The notes under the pieces were generated by a model. It was not told where the DNA came from and searched no databases. It saw nothing but the letters and a program-made list of their open reading frames with translations. Below, piece by piece: positions 1 to 8,475 of a stretch of 64,000 bases of DNA; position 1 is the first letter of the stretch, and the number at the start of each line of letters is the position of its first letter. This DNA comes from a bacterium (GTDB taxonomy: Bacteria > UBA8248 > JACPRG01 > G963555815), in assembly GCA_965218795.1 (NCBI GenBank), contig OZ244653.1:1920001-1984000 (forward strand). The letters are read 5' to 3'. Made by a program: the position numbers and the translations under genes.

Positions 1-1031
1 TTGGTACGCGCCGTAAGTGAAGATAAAGATTTTTTAACTCGGAGTTTTCCCGCCTTCACCAGCCGCGCTTTCTCCGCCGCGATCCACTTCAACAGTTCCG
101 AGGCCGGCTCGTCGTTCGGGTCCTGCGGTACGAGCTTGCCGCGGACGGCGAGGTTGAGGATGGTCCGGCGCAGTTGCTTGATCTGATCGGGGCGCGCGGT
201 GAGGGCCGGGAGCGCATCCAGGGCGAAGCGGGCGTGGTCCTGAAAGGTTTCGGGATCAGGCGCGTCCAGGCGGGCGAGGCTGGCCGCGGCCAGTCGGTCG
301 CGCGTGACCTCCCGGTCGGCCCGGGCCGTTTCCAGGCGGTCGCACAGGGCCATCAGCTCGTCGACCTTGGCGACAATGCGGTGCTGTTCGGCGAGGGGCG
401 GAAGGGGGATGAAGGATGCCTTCAACAGTTTGAAGTGGCGTCCATACCCTCGGCTTTCCAACGGAAGCCATTGGAGGGCCAGAAAATAATATGGTGTGTG
501 AAGAGAAACGGGCTGTAACAGCTTGACCCCATCCGCTCCCACAACAAAATCGAAGTCTATTAGTTTCATTTCACGAGTATGATCTCCGAAAAGCACAATA
601 GGCTCTTTGACACGGATTACTTTGTTGGCGTCGTTGTAATATCCGCGTATCAGCACCTTACCCTGATCCACCACCGGAAATTCTCCAGTCTTAACAATAT
701 CCTTTGTCTGAACTTTTTTCCCTTTATCCGAGACGATGTAGCTGGGGTACGTCGAGGGACACCAATCCCATGAATCAGGCAAGTTAAAAGATATTTCACT
801 TGGGTCAGGTGGTTTAAAGGGAACCTGCTTGCTTATCTTCTTTTCCTTCACCAGCCGCGCCTTCTCCACCGTGATCCGCTTCAACAGCTCCGACGCCGGT
901 TCGTCGTTCGGGTCCTGCTCCACGAGCCTGCCGCGCACGGCCAAGTCGAGGATGAGCCGCCGCAAGCGGGGGACCGCGTCGGGCGCGTCGGCGATCCGGT
1001 CGTAATGGGCCAGCAGGCGGTCGGCGTTCAT
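1..1031 (-). CDS. hsdS: Type I restriction-modification specificity subunit (partial, runs off left edge)
   Basis: Manual translation from ATG 1031 (ATGA overlap with hsdM stop): MNADRLLAHYDRIADAPDAVPRLRRLILDLAVRGRLVEQDPNDEPASELL...LPDSWDW...IPLPPLAEQHRIVAKVDELM. The LAVRG.LV.QDPNDEPASELL block recurs at ~60-180; AT-rich TRD at ~400-850. Absent from the ORF track because no stop lies in the window. Confidence 0.93.
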   Translation of the reverse strand, partial: MNADRLLAHYDRIADAPDAVPRLRRLILDLAVRGRLVEQDPNDEPASELLKRITVEKARLVKEKKISKQVPFKPPDPSEISFNLPDSWDWCPSTYPSYIVSDKGKKVQTKDIVKTGEFPVVDQGKVLIRGYYNDANKVIRVKEPIVLFGDHTREMKLIDFDFVVGADGVKLLQPVSLHTPYYFLALQWLPLESRGYGRHFKLLKASFIPLPPLAEQHRIVAKVDELMALCDRLETARADREVTRDRLAAASLARLDAPDPETFQDHARFALDALPALTARPDQIKQLRRTILNLAVRGKLVPQDPNDEPASELLKWIAAEKARLVKAGKLRVKKSLSSLTART

Positions 1032-2485
1032 CGCGTCAGGGCCTCGGCCAGGATCGCTTTCAGCCGATCCCGCAAGTCCGCTGCATCGGCCTCGGCGGTG
1101 TTCAGTTTCGCCAAAAGCTCCTCCGGATCGCCGTAATCGTCTTCCTGCGTGCGCGGGTTCTTGAAGTCGAGGTTGTAGCCGCGCGCCTTCACTTCCTCCT
1201 CCGTCACCTTCCAGGCCCGCTCGGTCTCCTCGCGGCCCTCGCGCTTGGGCCCGCCCCACCAGTCGATGCAGCCCTGCAAATGCTTGAAGCAGATGGGCCT
1301 GGTCATGGAATAAGCCTTCTGGCCCTCGGGCACCCGGTGCTCGTAGAACCAGATGTCCTTGGTGGGCTCGCCCTTGTCGAAGAACAGCAAATTGGTGCCG
1401 ATGGAGGCGTAGGGCCTGAACACGGAGTTGGGCAAACGGACGATGGTGTGGAGGTCGCACTCCGCCATCAGGTGCTCCTTGAGGCGGGTCTTGACGCCCT
1501 CGCCGAACAGGGAGCCGTCGGGCAGGACCACGGCGGCGCGGCCGCCCGGCTTCAGCAAACGGATGATGAGGGCGAGGAACAGATCCGCCGTCTCCCGCGT
1601 GCGGAAATGCTGCGGGAAGTTGGACTCGATGCCGTCCTCCTCCCTGCCGCCGAAGGGCGGATTGGTGAGCACGATGTCCACCCGGTCCTTCCGTTCCCAG
1701 CCGATGTAGGGCCGCGCCAGGGTGTTGTCGTGGCGCACGAAGCCCGGGTCCTCGACGCCGTGCAGCAGCATGTTGGTGACGCAGAGCATGTGGGGGAGCT
1801 GCTTTTTCTCCACGGCGCGCAGGGCCGCCTGCATGGTCTGCTCGTCCTCGGGCCGCTTGACGTAGCGCTCGCGCATGTGGCGGAGCGCGCAGGCCAGGAA
1901 GCCGCCGGTGCCGCAGGCGGGGTCGAGCAGGGTCTCGCCGGGGCGCGGATCGACGCGGTCGGCCATGAAGGCGGTGACGGCGCGGGGCGTGTAGTACTCG
2001 CCTGCGTTGCCGGCGGACTGCAGGTCGTTCAGGATCTGCTCGTAGATGTCGCCGAAGTGCTGGCGCTCGGTCAGATCGTTGAAATCGACCTCGCTGATCC
2101 TGTTGACCACCTGGCGCATCAACTGGCCGGATTTCATGTAGTTGTTGGCGTCCTCGAACACGTCGCGCACCACGCGGCGGCGGTCTCCCGGCCGGCCCGT
2201 GGGTTGCAGGTTCTTGAGAGCCGGAAACAGGCCGTCGTCGATGAAGGCGAGCAGCTCCTCGCCGGTGAGGCCCTCGGGGTCCGCGGCCCATGCGCGCCAT
2301 TGGTAAGGCTCGGGGACCGGCGAGGCGTAGCCCTCCCGGGTCAGCTCCAGCTCCAGGTCCTGATCGTCGATGATCTTGAGAAAGAACATCCAGCACAACT
2401 GGCCGATGCGCTGGGCGTCGCCGTCCACGCCGGCGTCCTGGCGCATGATGTCCTGGATGGACTTGACGAGGGTGCGGACGGACAC
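1028..2485 (-). CDS. hsdM: Type I RM N6-adenine methyltransferase
   Basis: GEYYTPR, DPACGTGGF (motif I), NPPF (motif IV); N-terminus IQDIMRQDAGVDGDAQR typical of the EcoAI/EcoEI group. Confidence 0.96.
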   Translation of the reverse strand: MSVRTLVKSIQDIMRQDAGVDGDAQRIGQLCWMFFLKIIDDQDLELELTREGYASPVPEPYQWRAWAADPEGLTGEELLAFIDDGLFPALKNLQPTGRPGDRRRVVRDVFEDANNYMKSGQLMRQVVNRISEVDFNDLTERQHFGDIYEQILNDLQSAGNAGEYYTPRAVTAFMADRVDPRPGETLLDPACGTGGFLACALRHMRERYVKRPEDEQTMQAALRAVEKKQLPHMLCVTNMLLHGVEDPGFVRHDNTLARPYIGWERKDRVDIVLTNPPFGGREEDGIESNFPQHFRTRETADLFLALIIRLLKPGGRAAVVLPDGSLFGEGVKTRLKEHLMAECDLHTIVRLPNSVFRPYASIGTNLLFFDKGEPTKDIWFYEHRVPEGQKAYSMTRPICFKHLQGCIDWWGGPKREGREETERAWKVTEEEVKARGYNLDFKNPRTQEDDYGDPEELLAKLNTAEADAADLRDRLKAILAEALTR

Positions 2486-2488
2486 GGG

Positions 2489-4912
2489 CTAAGCGGTCTC
2501 CTGATAGAGGGCGGATTGAAGGCCGCGGGCGGCCTCGACGAAACCGTCCTTTCCGCCAAAGGCGTTGATCAACTGAACGGGCGTGCCGAGCTCGGTGAAG
2601 GGAAGAATGGTCAGGACCCTGGGATCGTCCAGATTGAGGACGCCCTCGTCCGCGTATTTGGCGAGCAGGGCGTCGAGCACGGCGCGGGCCTGGTCCCCGT
2701 ATTTGGCGAACACGTCGCGCTTCCTGACGTTATCGGCCCGCTCGCGCCGGGTGAGCGGCCTGGCGTCGAAGGCCACGTGGCAGATGAGGTCGAAGGGGTC
2801 GAGGTCCTTGGCCAATTCAGCGGCGACGAGATCGAGCGGCAGGCCCTCGGCCGCCAGCTCCTCGATGATCGCCTGCTTGCGCTCGGCGGCCTTCCAGCGC
2901 CTGAGGAAGTCGTCGAGGCCGGCGAAGCGCTTTTTCAGCGTTCTCTTGGTGAAGTCGCGCAGGGACTCGGTGACGAGCTTGCCGTTCTCGTCCAGATACT
3001 CGATCCGATCGGCGATGATCTCCGCGCTGACGCCGTCCACGTAGATTTTCTTCCTCCCGCCGTCTTGAGGGGGCGGAGCGGGATCGGTCGGGTCGTCGAG
3101 GATGGTCTCATCCTCTTCCGGCTCCGGCTGTTCGGAATCTTCGGGCGGGGTCATGGTGTCGTCCTCGCCGGGCTCGTAGATCTGCACCGGCTCGCCGTCG
3201 AACTCCGGATCCGCGAAATGGCGGGTTGCGCCGCGAAAGTCCATCAGCGTGAAATAGAATTTTCGGGTGTCCTCGTGGACGCGGGTGCCGCGTCCGACAA
3301 TCTGCTTGAACTCGGTCATGGAGCCCACCTCGCGGTCGAGGACGATGAGACGGCAGGTCTGAACGTCAACGCCGGTGGAGAGCAGCCGCGACGTGGTGAC
3401 CAGCACCGGGTATCTGGATTCCGGGTCGATGAAGTTGCCGAGCTCCGCCTGCCCGTCGGGATCGCCGCCGGTGATGCGCATGACGTAGCGGTGGTTACCG
3501 TCCACGAGGTCGGCGTTCTCGTTGATGAGGGCCTGGCGCATGCGGGCGGCGTGCTCCCGATCCACGCAGAAAACGATGGTCTTCTGAAAGGGATCGCCGC
3601 TTTCGGTCAGGAACCGGGTGACCTTGCGGGCGACGATCTTGGTCCGTTCGTCGAGCACGAGGTTGAGGTCGAAATCCCTGGTGTTGTAGATGCGGTCCTC
3701 GACCTCGATGCCGTCGCGATCCAACTGCCCTTTCTCGGGGCGGTAGCCTTCCACGTCGCGGTCGATGTGGACCCTGACGACCTTGTAGGGGGCGAGGAAG
3801 CCGTCCTGGATCCCCTGCTTGAGGGAGTAGGAGTAAACGGGCGAGCCGAAGTAATGGATGTTGGAGGCGTAGCTCGTCTCCCTGGGCGTGGCCGTGAGGC
3901 CGATCTGCGTGGCGGAGGAGAAGTAGTCCAGAATCTCGCGCCAGGCTGAATCATCGGCGGCGCTGCCGCGATGGCACTCGTCGATCACGATGAGATCGAA
4001 GAAACCGGGCGAAAACTCGCGAAAAACCTTCTGGTGCTCCTCCGGCCCGGTGATCGCCTGATAGAGGCCGAGATAGACTTCGTAGGCGGTGTCGATGCGG
4101 CGCTGCTTGCCCATAGCCGCGGCGAGGTCTTCCGAGGAGCCGTCCGCGCGCTCGATGGTCTTGGCTCTTGTCGAGAGCTTGGCCATCGCCGCCCCAAAAG
4201 GCCGGAAGTCGTTGACCATGGTCTGATCGACCAGGACGTTGCGATCCGCGAGGAACAGGATGCGCTTCTTGCGGCCCGCCTTCCACAGCCGCCAGATGAT
4301 CTGAAAGGCGGTGTAGGTCTTGCCCGTTCCCGTGGCCATGACGAGCAGGATGCGGTCGCGGCCCTTGGCGATGGCCTCGATGGCGGCGTTGACGGCATTG
4401 GCCTGGTAGTAGCGCGGGGCTTTGCCGCCGCCGTCGTGGTGATAATCCTGGAGGACGACGGCCTCGGCTTCGGGCGTCAGGCCCTTCCATGCGCGATAGC
4501 GCGCCCACAGGTCGCCCGGCGGCGGGAAGGAGTCGTTATCGAGGGTGGTCTCCTTCTCGGGGCCCGCGCCCGTGCGGTCGTGGAAGACGAAGCCGTCGCC
4601 GTTGGAGGAAAACACGAAGGGGATGTTGAGGGCCTCGGCGTAGCCCAGTCCCTGCTGTATGCCGCCGCCCATGGCGTGTGTGTTGTCCTTGGCTTCGATG
4701 AGGGCGATGGGGATGTTGGGCTTGTAATGGAGGATGTAGTCGGCCCGCTTGCCCTTTCCGCGGCTGACCAGCCTGCCGCGCACGGTGATGCGGCCCTTGG
4801 TGAAGCTCACCTCTTCGCGGATTTGCGTCATCTCGTCCCACCCGGCCTTGCGCAGGGCGGGCGTGATGAACTTGGTGCAGATGTCGCTTTCGGTGAGGCT
4901 TTTCTTGTCCAT
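2489..4912 (-). CDS. hsdR: Type I RM restriction subunit (EcoAI/EcoEI-like)
   Basis: ADY..IEAK nuclease motif, MATGTGKT, DECH, TATP, QIVGRGTR helicase motifs, C-terminal DPFDLICHVAFD. Start placed at MDKKSLTESDIC. Confidence 0.95.
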   Translation of the reverse strand: MDKKSLTESDICTKFITPALRKAGWDEMTQIREEVSFTKGRITVRGRLVSRGKGKRADYILHYKPNIPIALIEAKDNTHAMGGGIQQGLGYAEALNIPFVFSSNGDGFVFHDRTGAGPEKETTLDNDSFPPPGDLWARYRAWKGLTPEAEAVVLQDYHHDGGGKAPRYYQANAVNAAIEAIAKGRDRILLVMATGTGKTYTAFQIIWRLWKAGRKKRILFLADRNVLVDQTMVNDFRPFGAAMAKLSTRAKTIERADGSSEDLAAAMGKQRRIDTAYEVYLGLYQAITGPEEHQKVFREFSPGFFDLIVIDECHRGSAADDSAWREILDYFSSATQIGLTATPRETSYASNIHYFGSPVYSYSLKQGIQDGFLAPYKVVRVHIDRDVEGYRPEKGQLDRDGIEVEDRIYNTRDFDLNLVLDERTKIVARKVTRFLTESGDPFQKTIVFCVDREHAARMRQALINENADLVDGNHRYVMRITGGDPDGQAELGNFIDPESRYPVLVTTSRLLSTGVDVQTCRLIVLDREVGSMTEFKQIVGRGTRVHEDTRKFYFTLMDFRGATRHFADPEFDGEPVQIYEPGEDDTMTPPEDSEQPEPEEDETILDDPTDPAPPPQDGGRKKIYVDGVSAEIIADRIEYLDENGKLVTESLRDFTKRTLKKRFAGLDDFLRRWKAAERKQAIIEELAAEGLPLDLVAAELAKDLDPFDLICHVAFDARPLTRRERADNVRKRDVFAKYGDQARAVLDALLAKYADEGVLNLDDPRVLTILPFTELGTPVQLINAFGGKDGFVEAARGLQSALYQETA

Positions 4913-5152
4913 GCGGTGAATCTCCCGCCCGTCGGTCGTTCGTGCGATGGTGGAGCATGCGGGGTGGATCGTCAAGCACTTTGGAATCATCAACCCGCAC
5001 GAAGGGGGGACAGATTTATTTTTCCAGGATGAGACGAAGGGCGGGACGGGAAACGCGGGATCCTGGGGCCACCCTGCTGAATGAATGACTTTCGGATTGG
5101 TGTGCCCCCTGCTGAAACCATGCAGGGACAGGCTCTGGGTCATTCCCGCCCT

Positions 5153-5812
5153 TGGTGGACCCCTTCAGACTGTGCGCAGGAGGAGTTCAGATGGCAAAGA
5201 CCATCTGCCCTACGCGCCGGAATACCGGCGCCAGATGGTCGAGTTGGTCCGCTCGGGCCGGACGCCCGGGGAGCTGGCTTCGAGAATACGAGGGCTCCAC
5301 TTCGGCAATTCGCAACTGGGTGCGTCAGGCCGACCGGGACGGGGACCGTCGTGAGGATGGTCTGACGGCAGCAGAGCTTGAGGAGCTACGACGGCTTCGC
5401 CGGGAGAACCGTCAGCTTCGCGAGGAGCGTGAGATATTAAAAAGAATCCACGGCTTGGTTACGCACGGGAGACCGGTTGGGTGCCGGGTGCTGGGCGTCT
5501 CCTCCAGCGGGTACTACGCGTGGCGTGGCGGTGGGCGTTCTCTTCGTGCGAAGCGCGACGAGGAGCTACGCGGTGTGATTCGGGCCCTCCACGAGGCGTC
5601 TCGGGGCACTTACGGGGGGCACCTCGGGTCCAGGCCGAGTTGGCGGCTCAGGGATGCCGGGTGAGTCGCAAGCGGGTGGCTCGTCTGATGCGCGAGGTGG
5701 GCTTGGGGAGGTGAGCCGGCGCCGAGGCACACACACCGGGCGTGTAGACCCGGGCCATCGTGTTCGATGGGTTCAGCCGCCGGGTGGTGAGATGGACGAT
5801 GGCCCATCCTCT
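5153..5812 (+). mobile_element. Degenerate IS3-family element (frameshifted orfA/orfB fragments)
   Basis: Pieces PYAPEYRRQMVELVRSGR / IRNWVRQAD..ELRRLRRENRQLREEREILK / CRVLGVSSSGYYAW / YGAPRVQAEL..RKRVARLMR / FDGFSRRVVRW in shifting frames. Confidence 0.85.
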
Positions 5813-5817
5813 TCTCC

Positions 5818-6298
5818 ACTCGGCTACAAGCCCCTGGTCGGCGCCCAGATGCGCTACGCCGTCCACGACCGCGACGGCCGGCCGGTCGCCATGCTCGGCT
5901 TCAGCTCCGCCGCGTGGAAGCTGGCCCCTCGAGACCGCTTCATCGGTTGGACGCCGCAACTGCGCGAGAAGAACCTCCCCCTCGTGGTCGACAACCCGAG
6001 GTTCCTCATCCTGCCCTGGAGCAAGATCCCCAACCTGGGCTCGCACATCCTCGCCATCGTCCGCCGGCGCCTGCCCGAGGACTGGACCGGGCGCTACAAC
6101 ACCACCCCCGTGCTCATCGAGACCTTCGTCCAGACCCCGCGCTACACCGGCGCCGTCTACAGGGCATCGGGCTGGATCCATGTCGGAACCACCCAGGGAC
6201 GCGGACGCTACGACAGGGACAGACACTACGACAAGCCGAAGAAGGACATCTGGCCGCGACCGCTGCGGAGAAACTGGAAGCAAATCCTCAATCGCTGA
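5818..6298 (+). pseudogene. DUF4338 (Druantia DruA-like) domain, 5'-truncated, carried inside an IS66-type element end
   Basis: LGYKPLVGAQMRY..LGFSSAAWKLAPRDRFIGW..NPRFLILPW..NLGSHIL..DW..RY..PVLIETFV..GAVYRASGW.HVGTTQGRG; stop lies about 10 bp before the IR at 6309-6332. Confidence 0.85.
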
Positions 6299-6308
6299 AA
6301 CGACCGCC

Positions 6309-6332
6309 ATCACCCCACGGTTGAATGGTTAC
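6309..6332. repeat. Right terminal inverted repeat of an IS66/ISBst12-like element
   Basis: ATCACCCCACGGTTGAATGGTTAC; its reverse complement starts GTAACCATTCA, the GTAA-type end known for IS66. Confidence 0.75.
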
Positions 6333-6340
6333 CGACAGGG

Positions 6341-6575
6341 GTAACCGTTCAGTCGTGGGGTGATAGAGCGGACTCCAGCATCGTCTGGGTCTAGCTTGAC
6401 GGCGGGTGCACGGACATGATGACCAGGTTGAGAATTTTGGCCGTGTACCGCAACCGCTTGATTCTCCTGCCGCCTTCTAATTGCGAAAGCACTGGGTCGG
6501 GGCGACCACGTTCGGACAAGACAACGGACCGCTGCTGGCCCCGCCGCCATCATCACCCCACGAGCGAACGGTTAT
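6341..6575. mobile_element. 235-bp MITE with IS66-type ends and 8-bp target duplication
   Basis: Left IR GTAACCGTTCAGTCGTGGGGTGAT (6341-6364), right IR ATCACCCCACGAGCGAACGGTTAT (6552-6575), flanked by CGACAGGG at 6333-6340 and 6576-6583. Confidence 0.85.
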
Positions 6576-6745
6576 CGACAGGGACTCGCCGAGATGCGCA
6601 GGAGTTTTAACGAATCCGCTTTCATTTTGATGACGGACTGCAGAAGGCAGGTTCCGAATGAGATTGGGAATCATGTATATTCCCAATAATATCAATAGGA
6701 TATTAGGTTTCACAGTCGACGAAAATAGATCGATATATCTATCCG
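6576..6745 (-). repeat. Conserved non-coding element, copy 1 (inverted relative to 53510-53681)
   Basis: Reverse complement of 6576-6636 matches 53621-53681 at 55/61 positions without gaps; weaker similarity continues through the AT-rich 6640-6745. Confidence 0.85.
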
Positions 6746-6824
6746 AACAAACGATATCTTGCCAAAGGGGAAACGAGAACCCCCGGATGACAGAGGGAAG
6801 GAGCCGTGACATCGGCAGAGAAGA

Positions 6825-6934
6825 TGGATTCCCGCCGCAGTCTGTCCTCGAACGTCATAGTCGAGGGCAGGAATGACCGGGTTGGAGGTCACGTGTGGCC
6901 CGTGCTCGTCATTCCTGCGCAAGCAGGAATCCAG
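6825..6934. repeat. REP-like palindrome cluster (GTCATTCC-N-GGAATCCA type)
   Basis: GTCATTCCTGCGCAAGCAGGAATCCA hairpin plus an inverted partial copy containing a CTGTCCTCGAA..TCGAGG insert; same units at 38539-38760. Confidence 0.8.
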
Positions 6935-6939
6935 GCACT

Positions 6940-7078
6940 GCGAGAGAAGGACCTGGGCAGCCCCTGAAGCTCTACGACACCGAACGACTTCATCAGGGCT
7001 ATCGCAATATGGGGAGGCGACCCACCGTCACGGTCAGGAAGTTTATCCAATCTGTCAGGAAAGATGCCTAGTCATACA
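6940..7078 (+). mobile_element. IS481-family 3' remnant with terminal ...TGTCAGGAAAGATGCCTAGTCATACA end
   Basis: LKLYDTERLHQGYRNMGRRP (YNxERPHQG-type C-terminus); near-identical end on the minus strand at ~38243-38310. Confidence 0.7.
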
Positions 7079-7349
7079 CTTTACGACTTACCTCATCAAT
7101 TCTCGCCTTTTGATAAACAACGTAGCTGTCCCTTTTTACAAATGGGTGCTCTCCGGGTTCTAGAATGCAGGCAGAATCGTGATAGAGATCGTCGTGAATG
7201 CTTGAAAGACTTACAAGTAACACTTTTCTGATTCCATCATCAAAATTGCACAATGGGTCTGTAAGAACAACAAACAAATGCATCCGATCAGGGTCATGAT
7301 CAGGCCCAGAGCGCATAAGTAGAGTAGCTCGTTTGAATGGGAGAAACAA
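7068..7349 (-). pseudogene. Putative toxin partner of Panacea antitoxin (PemK/MazF-like), C-terminus cut by IS481 end
   Basis: Directly downstream of panA; HLFVVLTDP..VLLVSLSS..D.ACIL..GEHPFVKRDSYV.Y pattern; stop codon lies inside the IS481 terminus. Confidence 0.6.
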
Positions 7350-7364
7350 TGTGAATTCCCAAGC

Positions 7365-7919
7365 CTAAAGAGATTCGAAAGCGGTGTCTACATCTTGGTG
7401 TTCATCAATTCTTTTTGATAATTCACGAGCTTTATCTTCTTCATATCCAAGAGCTAAAAAGATGCTTTTGTATGATGTTGGCTTTGATGTTCCGTATGGA
7501 TTTTTCCATTCTTTAAGGGTGTGTGTGTAATTTCGAAGTTGCCACTTGTCAAAATCACCAAATTCTTTCCAGGTATGTTCAAGAATCTCCATATCAGCTT
7601 CACTAAGCTCATCAAAATCATCAGCACATGTCTGTACTTTGAGTTTGGTATCATACCCCTCACGGGGCGATATCCATGAATCCCAACCGTCCTCAACAGA
7701 TTCAATAGACGTACCATTAGCTAGATTAAGTGTATTTGACAATACCAATCCGTGATCCATTGAAACTACGAAATCGCCTGTCATTGGCATACCATAACGA
7801 TTAAGAGACTCTCGCTCAGAGAGATATAAAAGCTTCATTAGTTTGAGTATCGCCATTTCTCCACCTTGGCGTTGGAGAAAATATGCAGCCATTTGCGCTA
7901 CTTTTCGTTCATCAAACAT
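7365..7919 (-). CDS. Panacea (SocA/GepA/DUF4065) domain antitoxin
   Basis: LKLMKLLYLSERESLNRYG.PMTGD..SMDHG.VLS..LSEAD.EIL..QLRNYTH..EW; low GC. Confidence 0.88.
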   Translation of the reverse strand: MFDERKVAQMAAYFLQRQGGEMAILKLMKLLYLSERESLNRYGMPMTGDFVVSMDHGLVLSNTLNLANGTSIESVEDGWDSWISPREGYDTKLKVQTCADDFDELSEADMEILEHTWKEFGDFDKWQLRNYTHTLKEWKNPYGTSKPTSYKSIFLALGYEEDKARELSKRIDEHQDVDTAFESL

Positions 7920-8475
7920 ATGGCTTTTCTCCTAGTAGGTGGATGATGACGTTTTTCGGGGTCTTTTGTCGCAAGGAGGGGGTTACACCGTTCATCTTTG
8001 CCGAGGTCTTGACAGCATAGGATTTCGCTTTTCTTTCTTCATCCCCTCTTAGACATATTACCACAATATCAATTGTCAAGAAGTTTTTTTCTTTTTTCTT
8101 GAAAGGCTTCCTTCTCAGTCTGAGTCTGATTCATGATCTCCCCTTGGTTTTAGGGTGTGATAACTACCTAGATCCGTATCCGCTTCATCACCAATGAACG
8201 CTCCTTCCCACTGAAAGCAGTCCCACAAGAAGAATACAAACAGGACTGCCGGCTCCGAATCATCCCTTCAACGTCGAAATCGAGCATAACATAATCCTCG
8301 CCCTGCCCTCCAGAAGTCCGTACAAAGAATAATCTCTACCCACCTCAACGGCTCCCGTTCAAGTCTGCAATTCTGATTGCACGCAGGTTATCCCCATCAG
8401 CAGACCAAGGCTTTCATTCTCCGAATACATATTGAAAAAGCTGTTCATGAGCATGATTCTTTTCTATCTTTCGGC

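Noticed and set aside
1280-3949. 889-aa plus-strand ORF and many other long antisense ORFs (e.g. 17170-18675, 32429-34198, 21149-22384)
   Set aside because: Shadow frames opposite well-supported genes in GC-rich DNA; no family motifs
5818-6298. Complete Druantia defence system
   Set aside because: Only a truncated DUF4338 domain; no DruE helicase or other dru genes in the window
6309-6364. Long palindrome as a terminator or ncRNA hairpin
   Set aside because: Explained by two back-to-back transposon IRs separated by the 8-bp target duplication
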